From NCBI GenBank assembly GCA_051294375.1, contig CM119267.1, positions 6,928,550-6,992,549 of the forward strand: a DNA stretch of 64,000 nucleotides. The letters are read 5' to 3'. A program made the translations under genes and the position numbers. This DNA is from Paraspadella gotoi. Its lineage: Eukaryota; Animalia; Chaetognatha. Below, one piece after another: positions 25,715 through 40,135 of this stretch (position 1 is the first letter of the stretch; the number at the start of each line of letters is the position of its first letter). The notes beneath the pieces are model-generated. The model made no database searches. It was not told where the DNA came from and was given only the letters and a program-made list of their open reading frames with translations.

Positions 25715-28700
25715 GAAAAAAGAAAAGAAAGAGAAGAAACAAAGAAAAAGAAAAGAAAAGGGAAAAAAGAGAAAAGGAGGAAAGAGGAAAAAGAGGAGAA
25801 GAAGAAGAGAAAAGAAGAAAAGGAGAAAGAAAGAAAAGGGAAGAAGGAGAAAAGGAAGAAAAAGAGGAAGAAGAAGAAGAAGAAAACAAAAAAAAAAGAG
25901 GAGAAAAAGAGGAAAGAGGCAAAAGAGGAAGAGAAGAAAGAAGGAAAAAACAAAGGAGAAAAAAAAGAAAAGAAAAAGGGAAAGAGGAGAAAAGGGGAAA
26001 GGAGGAAAAAGAGAGAAAAGAGAAAAGAAGAAAGAAGAAAAAAGGAGAAAAAGAAAGAAAAAAAGGAAAGAGGAGAAAAAGAAATTTTTAAAATGAAAAA
26101 GACGAAATGAAAAAAAAAATCGGGAGGGAGTCGTAAGAAGAGGAGGAGGCTTTCTGCACATTTTTCAGGTCGTTCATGTCATTCTACAGGCCGAGAGGAA
26201 CGGCTTCTCATTTGCATATTCCAATAAAAGAACATCCACGATTTAGGGGGGGGATAATTCCGTTTCTATTATTCTTTTTATTTATATTTATTTCTCCTTT
26301 TTTTTCGCCACGCTCGATTTGGAATAATTTCTTTCACTTTCTAAATGTTCCGCGCTCGTAGTAATGAGGGATTTTTTCGGGTTTTGAAACGTTTACGGAA
26401 TCTCAAAGCCACATGCGTCGAATTGATTAAAAAATGTCCCTCGAGGTCCGATGAACGATGTCGATTATGACGACGTTGGACGACCGACGAAGACGACGAC
26501 GACGTCGACGTCGACGACGATGACGATGAATGTGACGAAGATATGCGCGCGAAGTGACGGACCGGAGACCATGACGACGACGATGACAAAAAATGACGAC
26601 ACGAGGATGACGGAGAAAAACGACGAAAACGACGAATTCACAGACGACGATGATGACGAAAATGACCGACGACGAAAGACGACGACGAAAAACGAACGAA
26701 TCTGCCTGTCGACCTATGACGCGATTTATTACGGGAAACGCGAAACTTTCCCGTTCGCTTCTTTTTTTTTTCGCTTCTCTCGTCTTTTTTTTCTCTCTCT
26801 GATTTTTCATTTCGATCCAACCCCTTGACGTCCTTTCCCTCTTTTTTTCTTCCGGTTTTTCTTAAACACTTTTTCTTTTCTTGATCTTTTCTTTCTTTTT
26901 TCTTTTCCCTATTCTCGATCCCGTTTTTTCTTCCATTTTCTCCCATTTTTCTTTCTCATTTTTTTTCTTCCCTTTTTTGCTTCCCCTTTATCCTTCTTAT
27001 CCCATTTTTTTCCTTCTCTTTTTCTCGCACTTTTTGTCTCCTTTTCTTTACTCCTTATCTCTCGTCCCCCTTTCTTTCCATTTTTCTTCCTCATTTCTTA
27101 CATTTTTCTGGTAATTTTCACTCGTCCTTTTTTTTTTTTTCATTTTCTCCTTTCTCCTTGTCCCTCCCGCTTTTCCTTTCATTTTCCTCTCGTTTTTTTT
27201 TCCAATTTTCTCTCCTATACTTTCTTTCCCTTCTTCCATTTTTTTTCCTTTTTTCACCTTTTTTCTTCATTTTTCTCACATTTTTCTTTATTTTTCTGCC
27301 CTCTTTTTCATTCTTTTCTTTTCCACATTTTTTTAACCTTTCCTTATCCTTTTTTTCTTCCTAATAGATTATACCCTTTATCATGCATCTTCTCCCCCTT
27401 TTTGTTCCCTTTCCTACCTCAATCTCTCCATTTTCCCTCCATTTTCTCATTTCTCTCTTCTTTTTTTCCCCCCGTCGACTCTCTTAACTTTTTCCTTTTC
27501 TTATCTTTCGCCGATAATATTTTCGACTTTTCTCCCCCTCTAATTTTTTCTCTCTTTTCTTTTCTTTTCAAACGTTCTCTCTGCTTCGTCGTAACTTATC
27601 TCTTTCGATCTTTCCCTGGTTGAATCCTTGGCATTGATACCATTTCCTCCCTTTTCCTTTTCTCCCTTTTCCTTTCCTCCCTTTTAACCGCGAAAAGTGT
27701 GGCTCAAGATTTCTGAGAATGCTTTTTCATTCCCGGGGGAAATGAAGGAGAGTTCTAGATAAAGCCGAGAAATAAAAAGGCGTGACTATGAGCGGTGAAA
27801 GCGTTTTAAATGAGCATCAGGAGGGGAGACAAACCTTTTCCTTTTAAATACGGATCCGAGTCAATTATTTTCCGATGCAGCCAATTTATTTCCTTAGGTT
27901 TCGAACCTCGGATTTTACATATTTTTGCTAAATTTGTTAATACATATCAGAAAGAGCCGAATAGGTTTTCGCCAGCATGCACGCGTTTTCCTCATCATTT
28001 CTCTTCATTCCTCTTCCCCCTTCCTCCGGAGATTGCAGGTCGAGTCCAGGGTTTATGTTTTTCATTCACGCTCTTTTTTCTCCTTTCTCTCTAACCAGAT
28101 CGCACTCCCGTTCAGCTTCTTCCCGATTTAGGCCGGCTTACGATATACATTGCCCGCTTTCCGCCAATTTGCCTTTTTTTACCTACCGATGGAGCTACAG
28201 CCAGAACAACCCGACCTTAGTTAGAGTGCGCCCATGACGTCCGCCTCGAACCCTTTACGCACGAAAAACTCGCCCAGAGTCCTGTGCTGCATTACCAACT
28301 TTAAAACAACCCCCCCCCCAAAAAAAAATAACGCTTGGCTTCGAAGATCCAAAATAATTCAATAAACTCTAACACCGTCTTTTCTCTGCACCTACTGCTT
28401 ATTCGCGTCTTAGTCAAATTTTAATCTGTATAATAAACTCGGCCTCAAATACATGAAATGCCGTATTTTTAGGCCATTTTGAGACTTATTTTTTTCCTAA
28501 ATCCTACCTCAAACATCACAATATCGTCATTCGCCACTTACCTCCTCCTCCTCTCCCCCTCCTCAACTTCCCTCCCGTTATTTCCCTCATATGCCCCCTT
28601 AGGCGCCTTGCGGCCCCTCTTCCTTCTCTTCCCCCCTCTAACTCCACCGCCCCCAAATTTTCTTTCTTCTCCCCGCTTTCCCGCCCGCCTGCTTTTCCTC

Positions 28701-31582
28701 CACCTGCCCCCTCTTTTCCACCCTAACCGCCTCGCTTTCCTCCACCACTGCCCCCCTCTTTCCTCCACCGCTGCCCCCCTCTTTTCGCCACTCGCGACAG
28801 CGGATCGAGTGGGAGATCTTCCGAACATCAGCGACCCTCCTCATCCTGACGGCGTTGTTGTGGCCGGTCATCCTCTGCTCCAACTATCCTCGTCGTCGCC
28901 TCCGTCGCTCGATTCCGTCGCCTCCACACTCAGACCAAACTTTCCTCCTCGCGTCTGGCTGTCTCTGTCAGACATCTTTATAGGACTCTTATTCCGGGTG
29001 AGGATTTCGGTTCCGCGTTGTCGTCGTTCTTTGCGCTTTTCTGAAGTTGTTGTTGTTTTTTTCTGTCATCGTTTATTATATTATATTAAAGCATCTAATA
29101 CTTAAGGAGTGGTCTTTTCCATACAATTGAAACATTCTTTGAAATATTTTCCCACTTCATTGATAGGGAAGCCAGGTACTCTGGGAGTGAATATAACGAG
29201 ACTGTGTGAAAGGTCCTGATGAAACTTGCAGGGACCTGGCTTGTGTCATTATCTTGGTAAGAGTGATGGGAGGCCTTAAACGGCACCAAAGCCTGTCCAA
29301 GTCAGGGGCAAGATAGTTATTTATTAAATGAATGGATAATTTTTATATTGGTTGGTACCAATTTCATAAAATTCCAGCTCCTTGTATTTTGATGCTAAGT
29401 GCGGAGTACAATAAGTATTCCCCGATCTATATACTTAAAGGGAGTGGGTCTTTTCAATACAATTGAAATTCTTTGAAATATTTTCACTTATTGATAGGGG
29501 AAGCCAGGTACTCTGGGAGTGAATAAACGAGACTGTGAAAGAAGTCTTGATTGAAAACTTGCAGGGACCTGCTATGTCATTATTCTTGTAAGAGTGGAGG
29601 CCTTAAACCACCAAAGGCCTGTCCTAAAGTCAGGGCAGATAGCTTATTTATTAAATGAATGGAAGTAATTTTTTATTATTGGTTGTACGCAATTTCATAA
29701 ATTCAGTCCTTGTATTTTGATGCTAGTGCGGAGTACAATAAGTATTCCCCGATTCTAATACTTAAGGGAGTGTCTTTTCATACAATTGAAACATTCCTTT
29801 GAAAATATTTTCCACTTCATTGAATAGGGAAGGCGCAGGTACTCTGGGAGTTGAATAAACGAGACTGTGAAAGAAGTCTTGATTGAAACTTGCAGGGACC
29901 TGCCCTATGTCATCTATTCTTGTAGAGCGATGGAGGCCTTAACACAAAGCCTGTCAAGTCAAGGGGCAAGATAGCTTATTTATTAAATGAATGGATAATT
30001 TTTTTATATTGGTTGTACCAATTTCATAAAATTCAGCTCCTTGTATTTTGATGCTAGTGCGGAGTAACAATAAAGTATTCCCGATGCTAATACTTAAGGG
30101 AGTGGTCTTTTTCATAAGCATTGAAAATTTCCTTTGAAATAATTTTCCACTTCATTGATAGGGAGCCAGGGTACTCTGGGAGTGAATAAACGAGACTGTG
30201 AAAGAGTCTTGATTGAAAACTTGCAGGGACCTGCTATGTCATGTATCTTGTAAGAGTGATGGAGGCCTTAAACCACCAAGCGCTGTCAAGTCAGGGGCAA
30301 GATAGCTTATTTATTAAATGAATGGATAATTTTTTATATTGGTTGTAACCAATTTCATTATATTAATATATACCTATATTATAGATTATATTAATATTAT
30401 ATTTATATTATTTATAATTATACAAATGAAATTGGCAAAATTACTTGTTTCACTATTTAAGTGTTAGATTTTAATAATATTCAATTAAAATTAAATATTA
30501 CAAATTCTATATTTTTAATATTTATTATTATTTTTATTAATTTAGTTTTTGATAATACTAAATCTGAAAATAATATTTATGGATGTATCTTGTAAAGAAG
30601 ACGAACGCCAGTCGTTTTGTACCAATTTTTTATCTATTCACATCGCGAGAAGTTTTTAAACTAAACGCGACGAAATAAAAAATTGTTGTGATTTCTTTTG
30701 TTGCTATTTTTAGAAACGAAGATGGAATCAACGATGAAAGTTGGGAGGGAAAGAAGTGAGTGGGCGACGCAGAATCGTTGACGTCTTTCTGGCGATGGGA
30801 TGATGCCAATTTGGAGCCCATTCACGGTTTTATGGGCAAAGTAGCTGTTGCAGAAATGTATGTCGCTGTTGTGAATGGAGTTAATGGTTTTTTGTGGTAA
30901 ATAGCGTTTGTTAGCAACCTATTCCTTCATATCTTTCCTCTCTCACTCTCACTCTCTCTCTGCTCTCTGATAGTTCTCTCTCGAGTCATTCTCTCTCTCG
31001 TCTCTCTCTCTCTAAATCCTGTCATGATCTGGGATGACAAGGGAGTTGGTTCTCTTTCGACACGTGATGTATTTTCTCCAGAGAGAGACCCTCAATTCTC
31101 ACCTCATTCAAAATCAATTTCTCTTTCTCTCTCTCTCTCTCTCTCTTCTCTCTCCCTATCACTTCTCAATCTCTACTCCTCTCTCACTCTCTTTTTTCAT
31201 GCAGTATTGCTTCTGACGGAAAATAAAGCGCTCACATCATCGAAATCGTGATCACTTATGCCTGATGCCTGCACTGGCGCCATTTCTGGGTAAGTCATTG
31301 GCGGAAGGCTTCCACGGGTTATTTCCAATTGAATTGTAAAAGTTTGCCGGCGTCGGTTAAAAAACGTTTTTCTGAAATTCATTATCACGCTTTCTACTTT
31401 ATTTACAAAATAATATTTTCTTTTCCTACTCTTCTTACTTTCTTTTCCTCCTTTCTTTCCATCTTATTGTTTATTCTTCTTTCCACCTACCCTGTTTACT
31501 TTTCTATATTTATTTTCTTTTTTTTTCTTTCTTCTTCCGTTCGCGAGAAAATCTCATGTTCGCTTTTTTTTTCTTTTCAATG
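25715..31582. repeat. Noisy inverted duplicate of ~16415-21950 (includes frameshifted GPCR exon copies at ~28801-28997 and ~31205-31290, and 4 family A units at ~29095-30358)
   Basis: The 31582 end is the reverse complement of CATTGAAAAGAAAAAAAAGGAACATGAG at ~16415; 26120-26150 matches ~21290-21320. Many 1-nt indels; abuts the N gap at 31583. Likely haplotype or gap-fill artefact. Confidence 0.85.
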
Positions 31583-33175
31583 NNNNNNNNNNNNNNNNNN
31601 NNNNNNNTCTCTTCTTTGTGATCATTGACGTTTGAGTCGAAAGAAAGTGCGTGATACTTCTCGGTCGAGTGAACCGACTCGAACTGACAATATGCGGTCA
31701 GTCAATTTGTAATAAATGAAAAGATTTTCGTTTCTTAAACATAATTATCGAAAAGAACTAATCAATTGTTAGTTACCATGACGTCAGAGCTAAAAAATAC
31801 AAAACAAGAAATTATATCTTAAAAGTGATTATTTTGGTTGCACTATTGAAACTAAATTTAACTAAATTAAACTTGAGAAATTGTCATATTTCAGATTTCA
31901 GAAATCGATCATATTCATTATTCGGCTCTCTTTTCCAAAAAGCACCATTTTCCTTAATTTCCTTAATTCCCCAGACTTAATCCTTAATCTTTAACCTCAA
32001 CCCCTAATTCCTAACTCTTAATCTCTAACCCTTAATCCCTAATCTTTAATGCCTAACCCTAATCCTTATTCTAATTCTTATCCTTTCCTTAACCCTTATC
32101 TTTGGCCCTAAAAAAAAAAAATAAATAAATTCCTAATTTAATATTCAAAATTCCATTGGGTGCAAAGATGGAAATTGATTGATTGATTTTAAAACCCGAG
32201 ACGTCCGTTCTTCGTTCCGTGATTGACTGACTCTTTCAAACTCTTTTCATTCGTGGGCTGCGATCACGTGCAGGGCGGCCCGTAACGCGTGAAAGGCGTC
32301 TATTGGTCCGTTCCAATCACGTGACAGACCGGCTCAGCGCGACTGATTGGCCGGATCCGGTTTCCGGTTTTTCCCTCTGATGCCATCCGGACCGGAGGAG
32401 TTTTTTCTTTCTGGAAGAACCACGCGTCCCGATTGCACGCGGGAAGCGAAGACGGCGGGATAGAGAAAGAAAGAAAAGTATTGGGGGGAAAAAGAAAATG
32501 AAGGGAATCGTGGTAAAAAGAAAGTAGAGAGAGAGCAGAAAAGGGAAGAGACTGACAGAGAGAGAGAGAGGAGAAAGAGAGCGACGAAGAGGAGAGAGAG
32601 AGAGAGAAGAAGAAAGGTAAGAAGGAAAACAAAAGGACAGAGAGAGATAGAAAGAGATATCAGAGCGATTAAGAGAGCAGAAACCAGAAGCCAGACAAGA
32701 GGAGAGGGAGAAAGAGAAGAGAGACGAGAGAGAGAGACAGAGAAGAGAGAGAGAGAGAGAGAGCAGACGGGAGAGGAGAGAGAGAGAGAGAAAGAGATGT
32801 AGATAGACAGAAAGACAACGAAACAGAGAGAGAAAAAACAATTAGAAACTAAAAAGAAGAGACACTAATTGACCATGAACCAAGACTTGGCTCTTCATCT
32901 TAATAATAGCTTCGGACTCAGCAAAAAGCATCTTTCGCCCAAAGGCAAGGAGGAACAAAAATAAAAACGACAACAACAACAACAACAATAACAATAACAA
33001 CAACGACAAACAACAAACACTTTCCGATATTTGGCAGTGAACTCTTCTTTCGGCTAAATTTCTTTCCTGCCTTTCGACGTAAACAAAAACCTGTTTGGGT
33101 TCCATCGCAAACCGGGGATCCATCGGAGGAAAACGCGCGCTTTTCATTCCAAAGGATCGGAAAAACCTTTCCGCA

Positions 33176-33399
33176 CTATTTTCCCAAAGCGCCCAATTTC
33201 TGTTCTTAATCCTAAAATCTAATTTAATACCTTAACCAGGATCCTTAATCTCAAACCAAATAGTTAACCCAACCAAATTCTTAACCCCCAATCCCTAACT
33301 TAACCCCTCTCCATAACCACAGACTTAATCTTTAAACTTTAAAAAATTATCGTAATTTTGAATTTAAGCTGAAATTGGGCCCTTTTGAAAAATAGGGCC
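33176..33399. mobile_element. MITE of the same TIR family with CCCTAA-like interior (mirror copy ~34550-34775)
   Basis: CTATTTTCCCAAAGCGCCCAATTTC ... GAAATTGGGCCCTTTTGAAAAATAG inverted repeats. Confidence 0.7.
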
Positions 33400-35584
33400 G
33401 CTTTATTGAGGAGGCTCTATGCCTGTCCGCCAAAACGCGATTAACTTCGACCATGAGCAGTGGGCACATCTTATCTTTTTCCATCTCTCTTTAACGATTT
33501 TCCCAGGAACTTAAGACCCCTTTCGCGCTGTACCCAAACTTTTTTTTTCGCTTTAATTTGCTTTTTTTTTTTCATTTCACCAATCGTTCTCCCACACGAG
33601 CGCTTAATTTGCTTTTTTGAATTCCTCGTCTTTCACACACAGTCATAATTGGTAGAATTGTAAGTTACAATTTAATGTGCATATGTATCATACAAAAAAA
33701 AAAATCAATGCGACTTATGAAATTCTGAGTTATTTTAGTTATTACTGGGCAGACAGGAAACTTAAAAAGGTATCTTTCAGACAAAGATCCTTAGTCTTGG
33801 GAAGGGAAAAAAAAGAGAAACCTGTTTGGTAGAAGTTTGTGTTTTTGATTAAGCGGCCAACCGATAAGTTGCGCATTCCTNNNNNNNNNNNNNNNNNNNN
33901 NNNNNGTTTTTAACCTCCCCTTAATACGAAAACGGGTTTTTGTTTTTAGACTCACCCCCCTCTGAGAAAGACGCGAGAGGAATGCGCACTTATCGGTTGC
34001 CGCTTAATCAAAAACTCAAACAGGTTTCTATCTTTTTTTTTTTCCTTCCCAAGACTAAGGATCTTTGTACTGGAAAGAAAAGGCGAAATGGCTTCTTTAT
34101 TTAAGTCTAATTTAAATAAGAAGCATTCACTGATACCTTTTTTAAGTTTCCAGTCTGCCAGTAAATAACTAAAATAACTCAGTAGTAATTTCATAAGTAC
34201 GCATTGATTTTCTGTCAATGTGAACTTGTTTTTTTTTTTTTGTAATGATACATAATGCACATTAAATGTCTTTATTGTAACTTACAATTCCTACCAAAAT
34301 TATGACTGTGTGTGAAAGAGCAGAGGAATTCAAAAAAAGCAAATTAAAGCGCATCGTGTGGGAGAACAACGATTGGTGAAATGAAAAAAAAAAAAAGCGA
34401 AAAAAAGTTTGGTCAGCGCCCGAAAGGGGTCTTAAGTTGCTGGGAAAATTCGTTAAGAGAGATGGAAAAGATAAGAAGTGCTCGCCGGTGCTCATGGTCC
34501 GAAGTCTAATCGCGTTTTTGGCGGACAGGCATAGAGCCTTCTCAATAAAGCGGCTATATTTTTCAAAGGCCCCAATTTCAGCTTAAATTCCAAATTAACG
34601 ACATAATTTTTAAAGTTTAAAGATAAGTCTGTGGTTATGGAGAGGGGTTAAAGTTAGGGATTGGGGGTTAAAAGAATTTGGTTGGGTTTAAACTATTTGG
34701 TTGAGATTAAGGATGCCTGGTTAAGGTATTAATTATATTTAGGATTAAGAACAGAAATTGGGCGCTTTTGGGGAAAATGTGCGGAAAGGTTTTCCGATCC
34801 TTTGGAATGAAAGCGCGCGTTTTCCCATCTCCGATGGATCCCCGTTTTTTGCGATGGAACCCAAACAGGTTTTTTGTTTTACGGTCGAAAGGCAGGAAAG
34901 CAATTTTTAGCCGAAAGAAGAAGTTCACTGCCAAAATATCGGAAAGGTGTTTGTTGTTTGTCGTTGTTGTTATTGTTATTGTTGTTGTTGTTGTTGCGTT
35001 TTTATTTTTGTTCGCCTTGCCTTTGGGCGGAAAGATGCCTTTTTGCTGAGTCGAAGCTATTATTAAGAATGAAGAGCCAAGTCTTGTTCATGGTCATTAG
35101 TGTCTCTTCTTTTTAGTTTCTAATTGTTTTTTCCTCTCTCTGTTTCGTTGTCTTTTTCCTCTTCTTTCCTCTGCTCTCTCTCTCTCTCTCCTCTCCCGTC
35201 TGCTCTCTCTCTCTCCTCTCTCTCTCTTCTCTCTCCTCTCTTCTCGTCTCTCTTCTCTCTTTTTCTCCCTCTCGCTTTGCTCTGGCTTCTGTTTCCTGGC
35301 TCTCTATCGGCTCTAGATATCTCTTTCTATCTCTCTCTTCCTTTTTGTTTTCCTTCTTACCTTCTCTTCTCATCTCTCTTCTCCTCTTTCGTCTCTCTCC
35401 TCTCTCTCTCTCTTTTCTGCTCTCTCTCTACTTTCTTTTTACCACGATTCCCTTCATTTTTCTTTTTCCCCGCCAATACTTTTCTTTCTTTCTCTATCCG
35501 CGCCGTTTCGCTTCCCGCGTGCAATCGGGCGCGTGGTTCTTCCAGAACAGAAAAAACTCCTCCGTCCGGATGCCTACAGAGGGA

Positions 35585-35700
35585 AAAACCGGAAACCGGA
35601 TCCGGCCAATCAGTCGCGCTGAGCCGGTCTGTCACGTGATTGAACGGACAACTAGACGCCTTTCACGCGTTACGGGCCGCCCTGACGTGAATCAGCAGCC
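35585..35700. promoter_or_regulatory. Putative promoter motif cluster upstream of FAM43 (mirror at ~32255-32375)
   Basis: CpG-rich patch with CCGGAA (ETS-like), CCAATCA (NF-Y) and GTCACGTGAT (E-box). Motif-only evidence. Confidence 0.35.
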
Positions 35701-37226
35701 CACGAATGAAAAGAGTTTGAAAGAGTCAGTCAATCACGGAAACGAAAGAACGGACCCGTCTCGGGTTTTAAAAATCATCAATCAATTTCCATGCTTGCCA
35801 CCCAATGGATATTTTGGAATATTAAATTAGGGAATTATTATTTTTTTTTTTTAGGGCCAAAGATAAGGGTTTAAGGAAAGGATAAGAATTAGAATAAGGG
35901 ATTAGGGTTAGGCATTAAAGATTAGGGATTAAGGGTTCAGAGATTTAAGGGTTAGGAATTAGGGGTTTGAGGTTAAAGATTAAGGATTAATTGGGAATTA
36001 AAGGAATTAAAGGAAAATGGTGCTTTTGGAAGATGAGCCGAATAAATGAAGATGATCGATTTCTTGAAATCGGAAAATATTGACATTTCTCAAGTTTAAT
36101 TTAGTTAATTTAGTTTCATAGTGGCAACCAAAATAATCACTTTTTAAAATCAATTTCTTGTTTTGTATTTTTTGCTTGACGTCATGGTAACTAACAATTA
36201 ATTAGTTCTTTTCGATAATTATTTTACAGAAACGAAAATCTTTTCATTTTTACAAATTTTGATGACTGACCGCATATTGTCAGTTTCGAGTCGGTTCACG
36301 TCGAACCGAGAGTATCAACGCACTTTCTTTCGACTTAAAAATTATCATAAATTCTTAATAATATTTATAAAAAATCTTTATAATTGTATTTATTAATGAC
36401 TTTATCAAATTAACCAATTAACCAATTAACCAATTAACCAATTAACCAATTTTCATACTATTACTTAGATTAAGTTTTTAATTAATATTTCTGTTATACT
36501 TCTGTAATACTTTTTGAAATTTCTGCTCCACCCGGTATTCGAGAGTCAAGGACGTCTTTTGTTTTTCTCTCGATGCGTCCGGGTTCCGACAGATGTCGTC
36601 CAGATCCGGTGCATGTCACATCCAAGTCCCGAGAACTTTCGGGGTTTGGCAACTATGCAACTATCTACATCTCAGTCCGCAAAGCTGACACCCGGCTTTG
36701 AATGTCTCCTGAAACAAAAAATGAGACTTGAACAAAACAAATACCTAAAACCGAACAACGCTGCAAGATAAAATACATCAATAAAAACTGTTCTTAAAGT
36801 GCAAAGCGGCGGAATTTTTATATTTTTTCGCGGAAAAAAAAATTAACCTGGACATACGATTTTTATATGAAAAAAGTATTTTCACTTGTTACTTCGTGGA
36901 TCTCGATATATACACATATATTTACAAACGATGTCAACTTCTTAACTAACAACTTGCAAAAAAACACCGATTCAAGATCGCCAGCGTTTGGATAATGTTT
37001 TTAATTCGAAATTAAAAACCAGGAATAAAAACCCGATTTGTCAAACAGTAATAAAAAAAAAANNNNNNNNNNNAAAACGCAAGCAAACAAGAAAAAAAAA
37101 TTTATACTAATCATAGTAAGAAGAAAACAAAGCAAACAATAAACAGATTTAAGTCTCGTGGCTTCCAATCGCTCGTCCGCCAATCGACCTCGTTACCCCC
37201 CCCCTCAACCCCACCCTCAATCCCCA

Positions 37227-37372
37227 ATGCCCCGTCGACGTCTCCCCGGCGACCACCTCCGATGAAATCTCTTCCAAGAAGCGACGCTGCTTCACCATCA
37301 ATGACGAGGAGCCCGCGTTGCGGGTTCGTTACCTGGGGAACATCCTCACCACGATGACGAAGGTTGGTTTAG

Positions 37373-37463
<91 letters not shown>

Positions 37464-40135
37464 TGACTAGACTAAGTGGAAGACCCAGAGTGATCGGGAG
37501 CATGGATAGACTCTGACAGAGGCGGGAAGGACTGGGAAAGACCATGAGGGACAAGGAGAGACTGGGAGAGACTCGGAGAGACCGGGAGAGTCTGGGAGAG
37601 ACCGAGAGAGACTGGGAAAGACAGAAAGATAGAAAGAGAGCTAGAGACGCACATTGACATACGCGTTCATCCCGATTCACCAGGGCGAGGGATGCGTTGA
37701 CAAGCCGGTGGACGCCCTGTGGAACAACTTTGTGAAGCACGGGAAGGAAGGTTCGAAGATGGAGCTGGTCGTGGGTCCCTACGGCCTTCGCGCCGTTGTG
37801 GTGGCGCCCGTCGAGCGGAAACCGACGGAGTACTTCGCCTCTCGTCTCGTCTTCTGCACCGTCAGCGCCAAGCACCCGCGACTCTTCGTTTGGGTCTATC
37901 GTCACGACGCAAAGCGGAACAAGGTTTTTAACTTATTAGCTAATTGATTTTGTTGTGCGTTCTGTTTAGTTTAATCCCTTGGAAGCGATTTACATGTATT
38001 GGCGCAGCCACTGGTAGATTATGTTGGGTTTACTGTTTTGTAATTTTGTACGCGAACGATGTTTGTTGTTGTGGCGACTGGTAAAGGCAATAATCGTTAT
38101 TTTATTTTTAGATTTGTTTCTGGCTAATTCTCGATTAGTTTGAAATTAATAGATTTGATGGATTTATTGAGTTAATGATTGATTGATTTATTTAATGATT
38201 GATTGGTTGATTGATGTAGTGTTTTTTGATTGATTTATTGATTGATTGATTGATTCTATTTCCCCCTCAAGATGGAACTTCGCTGTCACGCGGCCTTTTG
38301 CCGTCGACCGGACGACGCGACCCGGTTGAAGACTCGGCTCCAGGCGAACCTAACCCGGATCTTAAAAGAATACTACAGGGACCAGAAAAGGCGGGAAACG
38401 GCAAGACTGAGCAGGTTGGTAAATACATAAACCATATCGAAATAGTAACATAGCTGGACCCTGCTAGCTTTCAATCAAGACTCTCTCTCAGTCACGTTTA
38501 TTCACTCTCAGCTTCCCTATCCATGAAATGCTATGAAATTGGTACGACCAATATAAAAATTATCCATTAATTTAATAAATGAGCTATCTTGCCCCTGACT
38601 TTGGACAGGCTTTGGTGGTTTAAGGCCTCCATCACTCTTACAAGATAATGACATGGCAGGTCCCTGCAAGTTTTCAATCAAGTCTGTCTCACAGTCTCGT
38701 TTATTCGCTCCCAGAGTACCTGGCTTCCCTATCAATGAAGTGGTATAATATTTCAAAGAATGTTTCAATTGTATGAAAAGACCACTCCCTTAAGTATTAG
38801 ATCGAGAAATACTTATTGTACTCCGCACTAGCATCAAAATACAAGGAGCTGAATTTTATGAAATTGGTACAACCAATATAAAAATTATAAGTATAAGTAA
38901 ATTATAAGTATGTTTCAATTGTATAAAATTGATCGTTTCATTGTAAAAGTTTTCCCGCCCGTCTTTCTAGATCTCCAACAGCGGGCCTCATGCCGACGCC
39001 GCTTCGCAAAAGGATCCTCACCATCGGTCACAAATACCGACCTCCCGCCAGCATGCAGAGAAACGCCCCGGGATTGGCGGCTATAAGAGAAGAGAGGGAA
39101 GAGAGAGAGGAAAGAGAAGAGAGAGAGGAAAGAAAGGAGAGAGTGGAGAAGGGAGAGGAAGGCTCCGAGAAGGGATGGCCAGTGGTTCGGACAGAGGGAA
39201 TGGAACTTGACGCGGTGTTGGAGGAGGAGGAGGATGAGGAAGAAGACGACAACGACGAAGAGCCGTCCTCGTTCTCCAACGGGGATTCCGAAATTTCTGC
39301 GTCGGCGTCGACGACTGGAAGGCGGAAACTTCGGTCCTCTTCGTCCGTCGTCGTAGAAAACGGAGAATCCTGCATCATTTACGACGACGACGAAAGCGAC
39401 GAAAGCGACGAAACTGACGACGAAAGCGACGACGAAATGGATGTTTTCGAATCGGATTCCGCGATTTGCGCGGAACCTCAACCCGAACGAAATCAGAACC
39501 TCTCATCCGCCGAAGACGAAGACGACGACGACAAAAAGGACGAAGACGATGACTCGTCTTCCGACGACGAATCCAGCCGCGTCTTCTCTCGACACTTCTT
39601 TCAAAGAACGGGCTCTGGTCGACGATCCATTCCGCGGCGAAGATCCTCCTCCGAAATCCTTCGATCGTGGTCCATGAGAACGAGATACGGAGAAACCGGG
39701 TTGGCAGCTGCGGATGCGGCTGCCGCGGCGACCGAGACGGCGACGGACGCTTCTTTAATGGACGCTGAGGCGGTAGAATCGGCAGCGCTGCTGGATGCGG
39801 GACAAGCAGCATCGAACTCTGCGGAGCGGGAGGCGGTCGTGGCGGAAACTGCTGCGCGAGGATCCCAGGATTCGCCGCCTCCGTCGGCGTCGTCGTCGTC
39901 TTCGTCCTCCTCCGCGTCTTCATCTTTCGACTCTGAAGGTTCGGCGAAGATAAGATCGTGCGACAGTCAGGACAGCGGCGTGGAAGGCGGCGGCGGCGGC
40001 GGCGGCGTCCGCAGAGACAACCCCTCAAACGGCTTGAGCCAGTACGCGAACAATCTCCAAGAGAAGTCAATCTCAGTTGAGCCCAGCTCAATCGCGAACA
40101 TCGCGCTTCCAGTGATAAATGATGTAGATATTTAA
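37227..40135 (+). CDS. FAM43A: FAM43-family PTB/PID-domain protein with acidic low-complexity C-terminus
   Basis: Exons ~37227-37362 (KKRRCFTINDEEPALRVRYLGNILTTMTK), 37684-37923 (GEGCVDKPVDALW..RLFVWVYRHD), 38272-38414 (MELRCHAAFC..) and 38971-40135 (TPLRKRILTIG..YRPP..APGLAAIREE). These match FAM43 motifs YLGN, GCTD, FAWVYRHE, LRCHAV, PLRK, YKPP, APKLGSI. The start needs a 1-nt indel fix (ATG at 37227 or 37262). A/B paralog cannot be resolved. Confidence 0.9.
38450..38888 (-). mobile_element. Family A repeat (~1.1 unit plus a fragment) in FAM43 intron 3, twister fold at 38585-38647
   Basis: ATGAAATTGGTAC..CCAATATAAAAATTAT occurs at both 38533 and 38858. Twister core is identical to the 17.6-kb copies. 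Antisense to FAM43. Confidence 0.9.

Larger units (their letters stand above)
31625..36340. repeat. ~2.3-kb-arm palindrome centred on an N gap (33881-33905)
   Basis: 31630-33880 is the reverse complement of ~33978-36340 with scattered indels. Confidence 0.9.

Noticed and set aside
28801-31290. Second GPCR paralog on the + strand
   Set aside because: Only two exons, with many indels, inside the noisy inverted duplicate.
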